Both the position numbers and the translations under genes were made by a program. From the human T2T-CHM13v2.0 reference genome, Homo sapiens, in the NCBI RefSeq assembly GCF_009914755.1, contig NC_060947.1: DNA of 64,000 nucleotides; one strand, 5' to 3'. The notes below the pieces were generated by a model that saw only the letters and a list, made by a program, of their open reading frames with translations, was not told where the DNA came from and made no database searches. The first letter of the stretch is position 1, and the number at the start of each line of letters is the position of its first letter. This document shows, in pieces, positions 14,312 to 27,099 of this stretch.

Positions 14312-14579
14312 CACCAAGTAGTCTGCAAAATGCTGTCAGTTAATTAAAGAGACAGTCTCCTCTCATGCCCCCTCCCCAAAACCTTCTTGTAGTCAGTAGG
14401 AGAGAAGAAGCAAAAACTGAGAAGAAAAAGGATATAGGCTCCTAGCAGAGTATTCCCTGTCTCCACTCTAGGCCTTGGAGCTCTATGAAATTAGATATGA
14501 GACTGAAGTTTGAAACTGGTCTAAGACATTTTTCTAACTGTGAATTATATTGCACACACAAATGTTTGTAAAATGTATC

Positions 14580-15620
14580 CATACATGATGGAAGATGACA
14601 TCGTCATCAGCAAAAAGAAACAGTTTCAATTCTTCCTTTTCTGTAGCATGCCATTTAATTCTTTCTCTTGTCTAATTGCTCTGGCTAGGACTTCCAAAAC
14701 TATGTTGAAAAGAAGTGATGAGATAAAGATAATTTTAAATCGAAAAAATTCAGTATATTGTTGGGAGCAAGCCCCCCAAAGTCTGGCCATAAACTGGCCC
14801 CAAAACTGGCCATAAATAAAATCTCTGCAGCACCGTAACATGTCCATAATGGTCCTAACGCCCAAGCTGGAAGGTTGTGGGTTTACGGGAATGAGGGCAA
14901 GGAACACCTGGCCCACCCAGGGCAGAAAACCACTTAAAGGCATTCTTAAGCCACAAACAATCAGCATGAGCGATTTGTGTCTTAAGGGTGTGTTCCTGCT
15001 GCAGCTAATTCGGCCCATCCCTTCGTTTCCCATAAGGGATACTTTTAGTTAATTTAACATCTATAGAAACAATGCTAATGACTGGTTTGCTGTTAATAAA
15101 TATGTGGGTAAATCTCTGTTTGGGGCTCTCAGCTCTGAAGGCTGTGAGACCCCTGATTTCCCACTTCACACTCCTGTATTTCTGTGTATGTGTCTTTAAT
15201 TCCTCTAGTGCAGTTGGGTTAGGTTCTCCCCGACCGAGCTGGTCTTGGCAGTATATGAAATATGTTGTCTTTTGGCTCAGAATTTGGTCTTGGTGGAAAA
15301 TCTATGTGCACTTGAAAATAAAAATGTGTATTCTGAATTTTGGTTATACTGCCCCATGAGTATCAATTACATCAAATTGGTTAATAGCATTGCACAGATC
15401 TTACATCATTAGTGAAATTTGTTTCCACTTGTTCTTTCAGTTAAAGAGAGATGTGTGCAAATCTCCAGCTGTATTTTTTATATTTCTCTATTTCTCCTTT
15501 TATTTCTGTTGATTTTTACTTCATGAATTTTGAAGTTCTGTGATACAGGTTCATACATATTTAGAATTGTACCTCTTCCTGATTAATTATCCATTTATCA
15601 TTATGATATTTCCTATTTAT
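14580..15620 (-). mobile_element. Old L1M fragment interrupted by MER9
   Basis: ttgctctggctaggacttccaaaactatgttgaa L1 motif; T-rich L1 antisense text. Confidence 0.7.
14759..15250 (+). mobile_element. MER9 solo LTR (HERV-K HML-3)
   Basis: TGTTGGGAGCAAGCCCCCC…GGTCTTGGCA; 6-bp TSD GTATAT at 14753-14758 and 15251-15256. Confidence 0.9.
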
Positions 15621-15634
15621 CCTTATTGAGGGCC

Positions 15635-16055
15635 TGTTAGTCTGTTCTTGCATTGCCATAAAGAAGTACCTGAGAGTGGGTAATTTATAAAGAAAAGAGG
15701 TTTACTTTTGCTCACGGTTCTGCAGGCTGTAGAGGAAGTGTGGTGCTGGTCTGTGCTCCTGGTGAGGGCCTCAGGAAGCTTCCAGTCATGACAGAAGGCA
15801 GAAGGGAAGCAGGCATGTCACATGGCAAGAGAGAGAGCAACAGAGAGAGGGAGAAGGTGCCAGGCTCTTTTAAACAACCAGATCTCTTGTGAACTAATAG
15901 AATGACAACTCACTAAATACCATTAGGATGGCACCAAGCCATTCATGAGGGATTCGCCCCCATGACCCAAACACTTCCCACTGGGTCCACCTCTAACATT
16001 GGAGGTCACATTTCAACATGAGATTTGGAGGGGACAAAACATCTAAACCATGTCA
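15635..16055 (-). mobile_element. MST (MaLR) solo LTR
   Basis: MST text; 5-bp TSD GGGCC at 15630-15634 and 16056-16060. Confidence 0.9.
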
Positions 16056-16591
16056 GGGCCTAATTATGTTAAGCACTCTGCTAGTCAATTTATATGTATA
16101 CTTTTCTTAGTATGTATGCCCAAATAAGCCAGGATCAGGGTGGGAAAGGAGTATAATTTCAGGCATAGCAAGCAGCAAGTTTACAGACAAGGCATGAATG
16201 AGATTGACCTTTTTGACAGAAGTGAGTAATTGTGAGAGGGGTTGATGGTGCTGTTGCAATTTGTTTTTTTCCCTTTTCCCTCTAAGCTCAGTAGCATACA
16301 GTATCACTCAGTCTTGTACTGCTGCCCTACCTTCTGGAGTATGTTTATAGCAATGTAAAAAGCAAATGCCTCTTTACCATGATAAAAATTCACATTACAG
16401 TCATTTCTAATCTCACTACCACTCCCAGACCACACAGGCGCTTTCCTGATCTCTGATAAGCAAGATCTTTTCCAAGTGGGTCCCAAATCTACCTCTTTGT
16501 TTTCTCTCAAAACTACTTTCTCCATGGGAAAAAAAAAAAAAAAAATCTTGTCTTGGTGGATTCCTGGATCTAAACATAAACATATAAACTC

Positions 16592-16765
16592 ACCCAAAAG
16601 GCAAACAACCTAATTAATAAATGTGCAAAGAATTTGAATAGCCATTTCTCCAAAGAAGATATATAAATGACCAACAAGCACATAAGACAATGAACATTAT
16701 TAATTAGGGAAATGCAAATCAAAACCAAAATATGTACCACTTTCCACTCATTACTAGTGGCAGTA
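16592..16765 (+). mobile_element. L1M ORF2 3' fragment
   Basis: catttctccaaagaagatatataaatg…gggaaatgcaaatcaaaacc. Confidence 0.8.
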
Positions 16766-16809
16766 ATAATAATAATTTCTTTTTTATCTATTTCACTCAT
16801 TAGTAATGA

Positions 16810-17107
<298 letters not shown>

Positions 17108-17594
17108 TTCAAATTTTTCTTTTAATTATTTGAATCACCTTTTCTTTAATACTTGGGACACATTTTTAATGACTATTTAAAATCTTTCTCTACTTAATCC
17201 AACATATGGACCACTTTACAATTGTTTATTACTGATTGCTTTTTGCTTCACGATGGGTCATATTTTTCTGTTCCATTGTCTAGTATTTTTAATAGTATAT
17301 TGACCTTTTGACTCACATGTTGTAATGATTTTGGATTCTTCTATCTTCCTCTGAAGAGTGTTGATTTTTTTTTTTTTAATCCAGTAAGCAGTTCAATTAC
17401 TGTCTAATTACCAGGAATTTGGATAGGCTTGGTATTTTCATTGTGTTAAGACAGATTTGTGAAAAATCTGAAGTGTTCTCAAAGCCCCCAAAACATGAAA
17501 AAATTCAACCTCCAAACTCTTCTCACCTAGGATTTTCTAAGGCCGTGGTTGTAGGCTTACTTAATGTGACTCTGTGTTAAGTCTTACTCCAGAG

Positions 17595-17802
17595 AAGGGG
17601 TCAGCAAACTGCGTGAGCCTGTTTTTCTATACTACTAAGCTAAGAATGAATTTATGTTTTTGAATGGTTCTTAAAAAGAAGGACTAGTAGCAGGAAGAGA
17701 ACAAGAAAGAGGATGAGAAAGAAAAGTGAGAGAGCTATGTGTCCCACAAAGCCTAAAGTATTTATTACCTGGCCCTTTACTAAAGAACTTTGCCAATCCC
17801 TG
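17595..17802 (+). mobile_element. MER58 hAT-Charlie MITE
   Basis: (c)aggggtcagcaaac…tttgccaatccctg TIRs; 8-bp TSD ctccagag/ctcaagag. Confidence 0.85.
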
Positions 17803-18264
17803 CTCAAGAGCATGGTCCTCTTTCCTAAAGCACAACCTTTCTAGATGCCTCAGCTCGATTAGGGGTATCAGCATAGTGTTAAGCAGATCTTTCCTTTCTG
17901 ACTCTGCCAGAACTCCAAAGTCCTCCAGCCCCAAAGGACCTCTACTACCACTGTGTTTTGTTCAGTCCCACTGCAGGCACACTATAAGCCGTAGGTAGTC
18001 TAATCCTTTGTATTTTCAGCCTACCTCTCACTCAGGGAAGCACAGGGGATGTTCACATAGACTCAGAGTCCACTTTTCACAGCACTTTCTTTGATGACCT
18101 ACTTCACAGATTCTAGGGACTTCAGTTATTTTGAATTTGGATCTCTGTCCTTTTGTTCAGCTGGACTACCATGCTCTGCTTGAATTCCAGCTCTTACATG
18201 TACTTGGATAAAAGTGAATAGTTAAGAAGTGATAGTTAACCAACAACTCATTAAAGTCTTAAAA

Positions 18265-18352
18265 TGACATTATATGCTTGATATTATTATCTCCATTTGA
18301 CAGATGGAGCAACTGAGGCATGAAGAGTTTAAGCTACTTTCCGTAAGTCACA
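18265..18352 (-). mobile_element. MIR core
   Basis: attattatctccatttgacagatggagcaactgaggc. Confidence 0.7.
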
Positions 18353-18861
18353 AAAACGTCTCTTTTATCAAAATATAGGAGATAATATATATGTGCAATA
18401 TATAAAAGGCATTGCAGCAGATTTAGTTAAGGAAATTGATGGACATAGAACTTTCTTATATACCTAAAATTATCTCCATTCTAATTGTAGGAAAAAAGGA
18501 AAGCATCTTTTAAATTTCATGCAGTACTGTTCTGTAGACATTCTAAAATAGATAGGAAATTTTCAAAGTCTGAGACAATAAAGCATATTAACTTTTGCAG
18601 CATTTAATTACTGGAATAATCACTGTAATTATTTGAGTTAGCCAAATAGATTTTACATATCTAAATAAGTATATAAGGTACATACATAGAGCCACATCGA
18701 ATATTTAATAAAGTGAAAGTTATGCAATTGCTCATTTTCAGAAAAATAATGGTGACTGACACATGAGTAGCAGAATAAGATTAGGAAAATATTTTAATTC
18801 TATGAAGAATTATATTGAAAAGACAAAATATGATATCCAGTAAATTTGGAATGGTTTGCTA

Positions 18862-18942
18862 TTAAGTTGGTGCAAAAGTAATCACATTGTTTTGCCATTA
18901 CTTTCAATGGCAAAAACCTCAATTACATTTGCACCAACCTAA
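18862..18942. mobile_element. MADE1 mariner MITE (palindromic)
   Basis: ttaagttggtgcaaaagtaat…attacatttgcaccaacctaa with TA flanks. Confidence 0.92.
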
Positions 18943-19994
18943 TATAGTCTAGAGAAAACACATCGATTGTATTCTCTTAGAAATACTATTACTATTTTAC
19001 CAAAGTTCAAGATTTGAAATTCAGTTTGTTTTTATTACAGATAGTGAATGAGGCATTTTTATGGCTTTAAAGATAAATCTCTTGGTTGGATAATCACAAA
19101 ATAGTGAATTCTTCTATATCTTTACTATTTTTAGCCTTGCTAGATCAAATATTTCTTTGAAAATCTGATAAGAACTATGTATTATCTCTCCCAGGAAAGA
19201 AATGTATAGATGGATATACATAATATTTTATGCACAATTTCAGGGCATTCACACACTCCATTAACCCCATTATGAAACTAAGAGCATATTAAAGAGCACT
19301 AGTTTAGTATAAATGTTAACAGGAGGAAAAGGGAAGCAAAAATGAAGCCCGCCATGAATGAGAAGGGTGTTTTGGTTTATTTAAACATGAGACCGAAAAT
19401 TTTGCAAACAAATAGGAAATCTCTATCATGCAATATTTATTTTTCCTATGAGATTCCACACAAATAACTGTACTTAATTTACTTCTCATTACCCAGGGAG
19501 CAGGTGATGCTCTTGTTTTACAATGATAAATGTTTAACTGGAAATGAAGCGTGCTGTTTTAATAATCTGTTGGGGAAAAAAATCCACCATGTCCATCTAT
19601 GCACATTTCTCACTGGGTATATAAAATTGCAAAGCTTTCATCACTCTCTACCTGGACCATTTCTTGGGGCTGCATTTGCACAAAGAAACTCTAAGGATGA
19701 GGAATCATCTCCTTCCAAACAAAGAGCACGCTCACTTCTGCTTTCTATAAAAGTGTTAACATTTCAAAGCTCAGTATTACTCTCCTGGAAAAAAAAAAAA
19801 AATCCACTGCATATATAGGCATCTACCATGGGCCCTTTGGGTTGCCATAGTGGGACATGGGTGGCATGGAGATCCTGTATGAATCAATATGAAGCTCTGA
19901 GGACTCCTTTTTCTGTGAGTAACAAAGTCCTTTGTCTCTGACCCAGGTCTTCTCTCATTCTGTCAGTTTACAAGTAGTGTAAAGTCTCAGCCTC

Positions 19995-20415
19995 TGTCTG
20001 CTGTTGTTGACACAAACTACCCCAAAACATGGTGGCTAAAGAATAACCCTTTCTTATAGCTAAGGTTTTTTTTTTTCAGTTAGGAATTCTCAAGTGCTTA
20101 ACTGAGTGAATTATCTACTACACATGGTGTCAATTGGGGCCATTCAGTGGCATTCAGCTGATGGCTGAGCAAGTCTGGAGGATCCAAGACAGCTTCGTTC
20201 ACTTGCCTGATGCCTTGGCAGTGACATCTAGAAGACTGCACTCTGGTAGGAATCTCTCTTCTGTGGTTCAAATGCATCTTCACATGATATTTACAGCAGT
20301 GTAATGATAAATAAGCAGATTCCTTACATAAGTAGAAAAGCAGGCCTTCAACAGGAGGTGTTCCTAGGAGTGCCCTCGACAAGATGATGAAAAAAAAAGC
20401 CCTAGACTCTTCTTG
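19995..20415 (-). mobile_element. MLT1 (older subfamily) LTR
   Basis: cacaaactaccccaaaacatggtggctaaag…tggcattcagctg motifs. Confidence 0.65.
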
Positions 20416-20419
20416 CCCC

Positions 20420-22415
20420 AAGGATACAATGATTCAACAGTAATACACAGATCAATTCTCTTTGTGGGAAATGCAGAAGATAGTTGAGAGGCTCCTGCAC
20501 TGTGAGTGAGTGCAAAACCACCCACATTGAAACCAGTAGGAAAACTGGAGAAATTCTCACACCATAATCCTCACCCCTGTAAGTAAGTCTCAAGATCCAC
20601 TCCTCCTCACAGAAAGTTCAATTATCAACTATCCAAAGACTAGAGCATCCTTTTGAAAACTCAGTACATGAAAGCAAGCCTGAGAAACCCGTGTGGTCCA
20701 CAGAACAGAATAAAAGCCAAATGCAAAAGATAGAAAGAATGATCTTACTCTGACCTTGATGCCCCACCCCTCCACAACCTCAAGTCAGTACAGTATTGGA
20801 CAGAGAGGATTTCCCTGGGCCCACAGTTTATACAGGGGAAAACAGAATGGGAGGCAGTCATCTGGCATCCCTAGCACTTTGATATGCTTCCCAGGAAGCT
20901 GATTTGTCTCACCTCACTGAAAACACTAGGGTAAACAGCACACTTAAACCACCCAAGATCAGGTAGAAACAGAGAAAAGAGCCAGAGATCGTGACCAGCA
21001 CACAAATCTTGGTAGTACCTTCATGTTCCTGCCAACTGTGGCACCAGATCATAGACACTAGCCAACCTCATAGCCCACCTGCAAGGCTGAGCCGGTTTGG
21101 TTGCCTTCAGAAGCACAGTGGGAAGTTTAACCTAGTTTGAGTACCTAGATTACTAGTCTCCATACCCAGCCTCAGAGCCTACCCTAATGACCCCACCCAG
21201 GCAAAGAGACTCCCACCTCTGTTCATTTTGGAGAATTTAAAGGACTAGGCTGGCTTAACCTGCCAAGTCAAGCAGCAGCTCCACTCAGCCAATGAGCCCA
21301 ACCAATGACCTTGCCCAGGAAGGAAGACTCCTACTTCTGCACATTTTGGGGAAAGAAAAAGGTTAGATCAACTTGACCTGGGAAGTCAAGCAGCAGATTC
21401 ATTTAGCCAAAAAGTTCACTCAACAACCCTGTCCCGGAAGGTAGACTTCCACCTCCATGCATTCTGAAGAGGCAAGGGGGCTGGACCAGCTTGACTTGGG
21501 AGGTCAAACAGCCACTCGCCTCAGCCAAAAGCCCACCCCATGACTCCACACTGACAGGGAGGCAATCCTCAATCATGTGGCAGTTCTAAGGGGCATAGCC
21601 CTTGGTCTCACACATCTCAAACAGCATCTCTACTTAATATTGGAGCCCAGCCTGCAGTCCTGCCCAACTGTAGGTCCCAAATAGTGGAATTGCCCAGACA
21701 GGAAATACACGTTATGACCAGCCTGAGTAGAAGACATTGCTATACCCAGCTAGTATCTCCACCTGATAACAGAGCCCAGCCAGTGGTCCTACCGGACAGT
21801 GCAGCCCATCCAGCAGCCCCATTTGACATCAGAGTAAAGGCAGTGGCCCAGCCAACTGCATGGAAAAAACCAGTTTGTTCTTCTAGAATCACAGGCTAGA
21901 CTAAACAGTGAAGGCCTATCTCTGCCAAAGACTATCTATAAGGGCCAGAAGAGGGGGCTGACTCCTCAAATACACAAACAACGATGAAAGGACACTGAGA
22001 TTATGGAGAATCAAGGAATCATGACACCTCCAAAAAATATGAATAAATCTCTAATCATGGACTCCAGAAAAATGGAGATCTATAAAATGGTAAAAAAATA
22101 AAAAAAAAAATAAAAAAAAATTCAGATTGATACACATAAAGAAGTACAGTGAACTACAAAAATATGCGGAAAAAAATTTATTGAAATTTGGAAAATAGTA
22201 CATGAAGTTTGACAAAGAAGTAGAAATAAAAAACCACCAGACAAAAATCCTAGAGATAATAAATAAAAGGAATGAACTAAAAAAGTTATGGAGAAAGCCT
22301 GAACAGGATACCACCAAGAGAACAATCCATTGCATCATAGGAGTTGTGGAAGGAAAAGAAAGAGAAAAGGGACCAGAAAACACATCTTAAAAAATAAAAG
22401 CTGAAAAATCCCAGA
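20420..22415 (+). mobile_element. Old L1 (L1PB/L1MA-type) 5'UTR and ORF1 start
   Basis: aatcaaggaatcatgacacctcca…; decayed ORF1 peptide KFDKEVEIKNHQTKILEI…IGVVEGKEREKG. Confidence 0.7.
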
Positions 22416-22522
22416 ATTTCACTTCTGCCAGCTTCTATTAGTTATGTCAGTCAATGAAAAGGAAATTAGGCCCAAAATCTTAATGGTAGGAGTGTTGTAA
22501 GTTTCCAATTATTTCTAAACTG

Positions 22523-23125
22523 TGTTGAGGCTCAGAAAATGATATCCTAAAATATGGCACTTAATATGCTGAACTGAGGAAGCCTTAAGGTATCTCTGAC
22601 CACTCCCTCCCCAACCTCCTGTTTCTCAGCCTTCTATCTCTCCCAAAGCACAGAATGAGGCTTTACTCTGATATTCCCTCACCTGCCTTAAAACTGGACC
22701 CTTCAAAAAAAAAACCACAATTGCCTTCCTCTTGCTCACATCTCATTATCTATCTTAAGAAGGAAGACTGAGGAATGCAACCACAAGAACTGACTTTTTC
22801 TGCAAGATAATGTCTGCCTCTCTGGCTCATTCAAATTCTAAACGGAACCATTTACAAGTAAATTTATGTATCCTGGCTCTATTCATTCTCTTTAATGACT
22901 ATTTACTACTCCTCAAAAGAATTGCCTACATTCCCCATTTCCCCTCTCTTCTATGAAAGGTATACAAGCAACTGTACCACATTGGGTTATTCGGTAATCA
23001 TTCTCTCACAATTTCTCCATGCTATGGATGTTAAGTTAATTTAGTATGACTTTTTTTTTCCTATTAATCTGTTTATTTTCAGCTACCCTTCCAAAGGCAG
23101 AGGGGAAGCTTTTCCTTGGCCCCAT
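22523..23125 (+). mobile_element. ERV1 solo LTR (MER31-like)
   Basis: tgttgaggctcagaaaatgatatcctaaaatatggc…ggggaagcttttccttggcccc. Confidence 0.75.
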
Positions 23126-23285
23126 AATTTTTTTTTTCTGAGACTATCGCTTCAATTTCCAAGTCTATCTGAGCTTATTATTATAAAAATATTTGGCTAT
23201 AGTCTTTCATACCTGAGATTATAAATATATCTTATTTATCTACCCTGGTGAAATAAGTTTGATGCCCTTAAAATTCCTTAATGCG

Positions 23286-23560
23286 GGCCGGGCGCGGGGG
23301 CTCACGCCTGTAATCCCAGCACTTTGGGAGGCTGAGGCAGGCGGAGCATGAGGTCAGGAGATCAAGACCATCCTGGCTAACACGGTGAAACCCTGTCTCT
23401 ACTAAAAATACAAAAAATTAGCCAGGCGTGGTGGCAGGCGCCTGTAGTCCCAGCTACTGAGGCAGGAGAATGGCATCAACCCGGGAGGTGGAGCTTGCCA
23501 TGAGCCGAGATCACGCCACTGCACTCCAGCCTGGGGACAGAGCGAGACTCCGTCTCAAAA

Positions 23561-23601
<41 letters not shown>
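23286..23601 (+). mobile_element. AluY with (AAAT)n tail
   Basis: gagaatggc/gagcttgc diagnostics; TSD aaaattccttaatgc. Confidence 0.95.
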
Positions 23602-23603
<2 letters not shown>

Positions 23604-24304
23604 AATTCCTTAATGCATTTAACTGGGGGCTCGTGATTGGAGGTTGAGAGAAATAAAATAAGTGTTTAATATTTAGTACCATTGTTTTAATGAGTCATCT
23701 TGTCTTTATTAACTCTAGTCAGAAGTCTTTATTAACTCTAGTCAGAAGACATATTCTATTTGTACTGTTAATTAAGAAGAAATAATCTATTGTTAATTCA
23801 ATCTAGCATTTCATTTTGTTTGGAGAACTTTAACTATCAAGTAAGCTTAGTGAAAATCTCCTTAATACGCAAAATAATCATGTAAGCATGGGGGATAAGC
23901 CTTGGTAGTTGAAATGGGATCTTTGCTGAGTTGTTTTTCTGTTTTCTGGGAATTACATTTTTCCACATTTAGGCCATCGATATATTTGAAAATAACACAG
24001 TAAATTATTTATTATTTCGAGAACAATTGTAGAGCTAATACACCTGTTGCAATTGGGTTGTTTTTGATTCAATGATAATGATTGTATTGCTTGATATATG
24101 GCTTACTTTCTTCTGACTCTCAATTGTATCAATCAGAGTTAATGGTAACAGTTTAAAAATGTCTAAACCCTTTGTTTTAAAATGTCTAAAGGTGTAAAAT
24201 GTTATTAAATGATTTAAAATGCATTATCAGAGATGTAATCGGGAAAGACTATCAGTTTGTGCAATAAAATCAACGTGAAAACATTCCAAGATCTAGGACA
24301 TAGC

Positions 24305-24703
24305 TGTCAGGCCTCTGAGCCCAAGCTAAGCCATCATATCCCCTGTGACCTGCACATACACATCCAGATGGCCGGTTCCTGCCTTAATTGATGACATTCC
24401 ACCACAAAAGCAGTGAAAATGGCCTGTTCCTGCCTTAACTGATGACGTCACCTTGTGAAATTCCTTCTCCTGGCTCATCCTGGCTCAAAAGCTCCCCTAC
24501 TGAGCACCCTGTGACCCCCACTCCTGCCCATCAGAGAACAACCCCCCTTTTTCCTTTACCTTCCCAAATCCTATAAAACGGCCCCACCCCATCTCCCTTC
24601 GCTCTCTTTTCAGACTCAGCCTGCCTGCACCCAGGTGAAATAAACAGCCTTGTTGCTCACACAAAGCCTGTTTGGTGGTCTCTTCACACAGACACGAGTG
24701 AAA
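24305..24703 (+). mobile_element. HERV-H 5' LTR (LTR7)
   Basis: TGTCAGGCCTCTGAGCCCAAG…GTGAAA; TATAAAA 24572-24578; AATAAA 24639-24644. Confidence 0.97.
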
Positions 24704-24705
24704 TT

Positions 24706-24723
24706 TGGTGCCGTGACTCGAAT
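24706..24723 (+). promoter_or_regulatory. Primer-binding site, tRNA-His
   Basis: TGGTGCCGTGACTCGAAT, one mismatch to the complement of the tRNA-His 3' end. Confidence 0.93.
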
Positions 24724-25559
24724 CGGGGGACCTCCCTTAGGAGATCAATCCCCTGTCCTCCTGCTCTTTGCTCCGTGAGAAAGATCCACCTACGACCTCA
24801 GGTCCTCAGACCGACCAGCCCAAGAAACATCTCACCAATTTCAAATCCAGTAAGCGGCCTCTTTTTACTCCCTTCTCCAACCTCCCTCACTATCCCTCAA
24901 CCTCTTTCTCCTTTCAATCTTGGTGCCACCCTTCAATCTCTCCCTTCTCTTAATTTCAATTCCTTTCATTTTCTAGTAGAGACAAAGGAGACACGTTTTA
25001 TCCATGGACTCAAAACTCTGGCACTGGTCACGGACTAGGGAAGGCAGCCTTCCCTTGGTGTTTAATCATTACAGGAACGCCTCTCTGATTATTTACTCAG
25101 GTTTCAGAGGTGTCAGACCACGCAAGGATGCCTGCCTTGGTACTTCACCCTTAGCGGCAAGTCCCGCTTTTATAAAGGAAAGGCAAGAACCCCTCAACCC
25201 CTTCTCCTTCACCCTTAGCGGCAAGTCCCGCTTTTCTGGAGGAGAGGCAAGAACCCTGACCTCTTATCCCTATGCCCCGATCCCTTATTTCTGTGCCCGG
25301 ACCTCTTATCTCTGCGCCCTGATCCCTTATTTCCACGCCCCGACCTCTTATCTCTGCACCCCAACCCCTTCTCTGCTTTTCTGGAAGGCAAGAACCCCCC
25401 CCCCCGCCCCCCGACCCCTTCTCCGTGTCTCTACTCTCTTTTCTCTGGGCTTGCCTCCTTCACTATAGGCAAGCTTCCACCTCCATTCCTCCTTCTTCTC
25501 CCTTAGCCTATGTTCTTAAGAACTTAAAACCTCTTCAACTCTCACCTGACCTAAAATCT

Positions 25560-26700
25560 ATGCGTCTTATTTTCTTCTGAAATGCCGCTTGACCCCAATA
25601 CAAACTCAACAGTAGTTCCAAATAGCCAGAAAACGGCACTTTCAATTTTTCCATCCTACAATATCTAAATAATTCTTGTCGTAAAATAGGCAAATGGTTT
25701 GAGGTGCCTGACGTCCAGGCATTCTTTTACACATCAGGCCCTCCCTAGTCTCTGTTCCCAATACAACTTGTCCCAAATCTTCCTTCTTTCCCTCCCGCCT
25801 GTCCCCTCAGTACCAACCCCAAGCGTCGTTAAGTCTTTCTAATCTTCCTTTTCTACAGACCTATCTGACCTCTCCCCTCCTCACCAGGCCGAGCTAAGTC
25901 CCAATTCTTACTCAGCCTCCGCTCCTCCACCCTATAATCCTTTTATCACCTCCCCTCCTCACACTCGGTCCGGCTTACAGTTTCGTTCTGTGACTAGCCC
26001 TCCCCCTCCTGCCCAGCAATTTACTCTTAAAAAGGTGGCTGGAGCTAAAGGCATAGTCAAGGTTAATGCTTCTTTTTCTTTATCCCAAATCAGAAGCGTT
26101 TAGGCTCTTTTTCATCAAATATAAAAACCCAGCCCAGTTCATGACTTGTTCGGCAGCAACCCTGAGACGCTTTACAGCCCTAGACCCTAAAAGGTCAAAA
26201 GGCCATCTTATTCTCAATATACATTTTATTACCCAATCTGCTCCCGACATTAAATAAAACTCCAAAAATTAAATTCCAGTCCTCAAACCCCACAACAGGA
26301 TTTAATTAACCTCGCCTTCAAGGTGTACAATAATAGAAAAAAGTTGCAATTCCTTGCCTCCACTCTGAGACAAACCCCAGCCACATCTCCAGCACACAAG
26401 AACTTCCAAATGCCTAAACCACAGTGGCCAGGCGTTCCTCCAGAACCGCCTCCCCCAGGAGCTTGCTACAAGTGCCAGAAATCTGGCCACCAGGCCAAGG
26501 AATGCCCGCAGCCCAGGATTCCTCCTAAGCCGCGTCCCATCTGTGCAGGACCCCACTAGAAATCGGACTGTTCAACTCACCTGGCAGCCACTCCCAGAGC
26601 CCCTGGAACTCTGGCCCAAGGCTCTCTGACTGACTCCTTCCCAGATCTTCTCGGCTTAGCAGCTGAAGACTGATGCTGCCCGATCACCTCAGAAGCCCTG
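25560..26700 (+). pseudogene. gag: HERV-H gag relic with nucleocapsid zinc knuckles
   Basis: CYKCQKSGHQAKEC (CX2CX4HX4C) at 26464-26505; broken second knuckle RPICAGPH*KSDC; many stops. Confidence 0.85.
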
Positions 26701-26724
26701 TAGACCATCACAGACGCCAAGCTT

Positions 26725-27020
26725 TAAGTAACTCTCACAGTGGAAGGTAAGTCCTTCCCCTTCTTAATCAATACGGAGGCTACCCACTCCACATTACCTT
26801 CTTTTCAAGGGCCTGTTTCCCTTGCCTCCATAACTGTTGTGGGTATTGACGGCCAGGCTTCTAAACCTCTTAAAACTCCTCAACTCTGGTGCCAACTTAG
26901 ACAATACTCTTTTAAGCACTCCTTTTTACTTATCCCCACCTGCCCAGTTCCCTTATTAGGCTGAGACACTTTAACTAAATTATCTGCTTCCCTGACTATT
27001 CCCGGACTACAGCTACATCT
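26725..27020 (+). pseudogene. pro: HERV-H protease relic
   Basis: FLINTEATHSTL (mutated DTG active site); CPVPLLG motif. Confidence 0.85.
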
Positions 27021-27099
27021 CATTGCCGCCCTTCTTCCCAATCCAAAGCCTCCTTTGCATCCTCCTCTTGTATCCCCCCCACCTTAACCCACAAGTATA

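Noticed and set aside
18862-18942. Novel hairpin ncRNA or miRNA
   Set aside because: Explained by MADE1 terminal inverted repeats; a mir-548-like product cannot be supported from sequence alone.
21165-21570. CRISPR-like array
   Set aside because: Eukaryotic L1 context, degenerate full-length units with no unique spacers, and no cas genes.
25143-25400. Short direct repeats in the HERV-H leader
   Set aside because: A typical feature of HERV-H leader regions.
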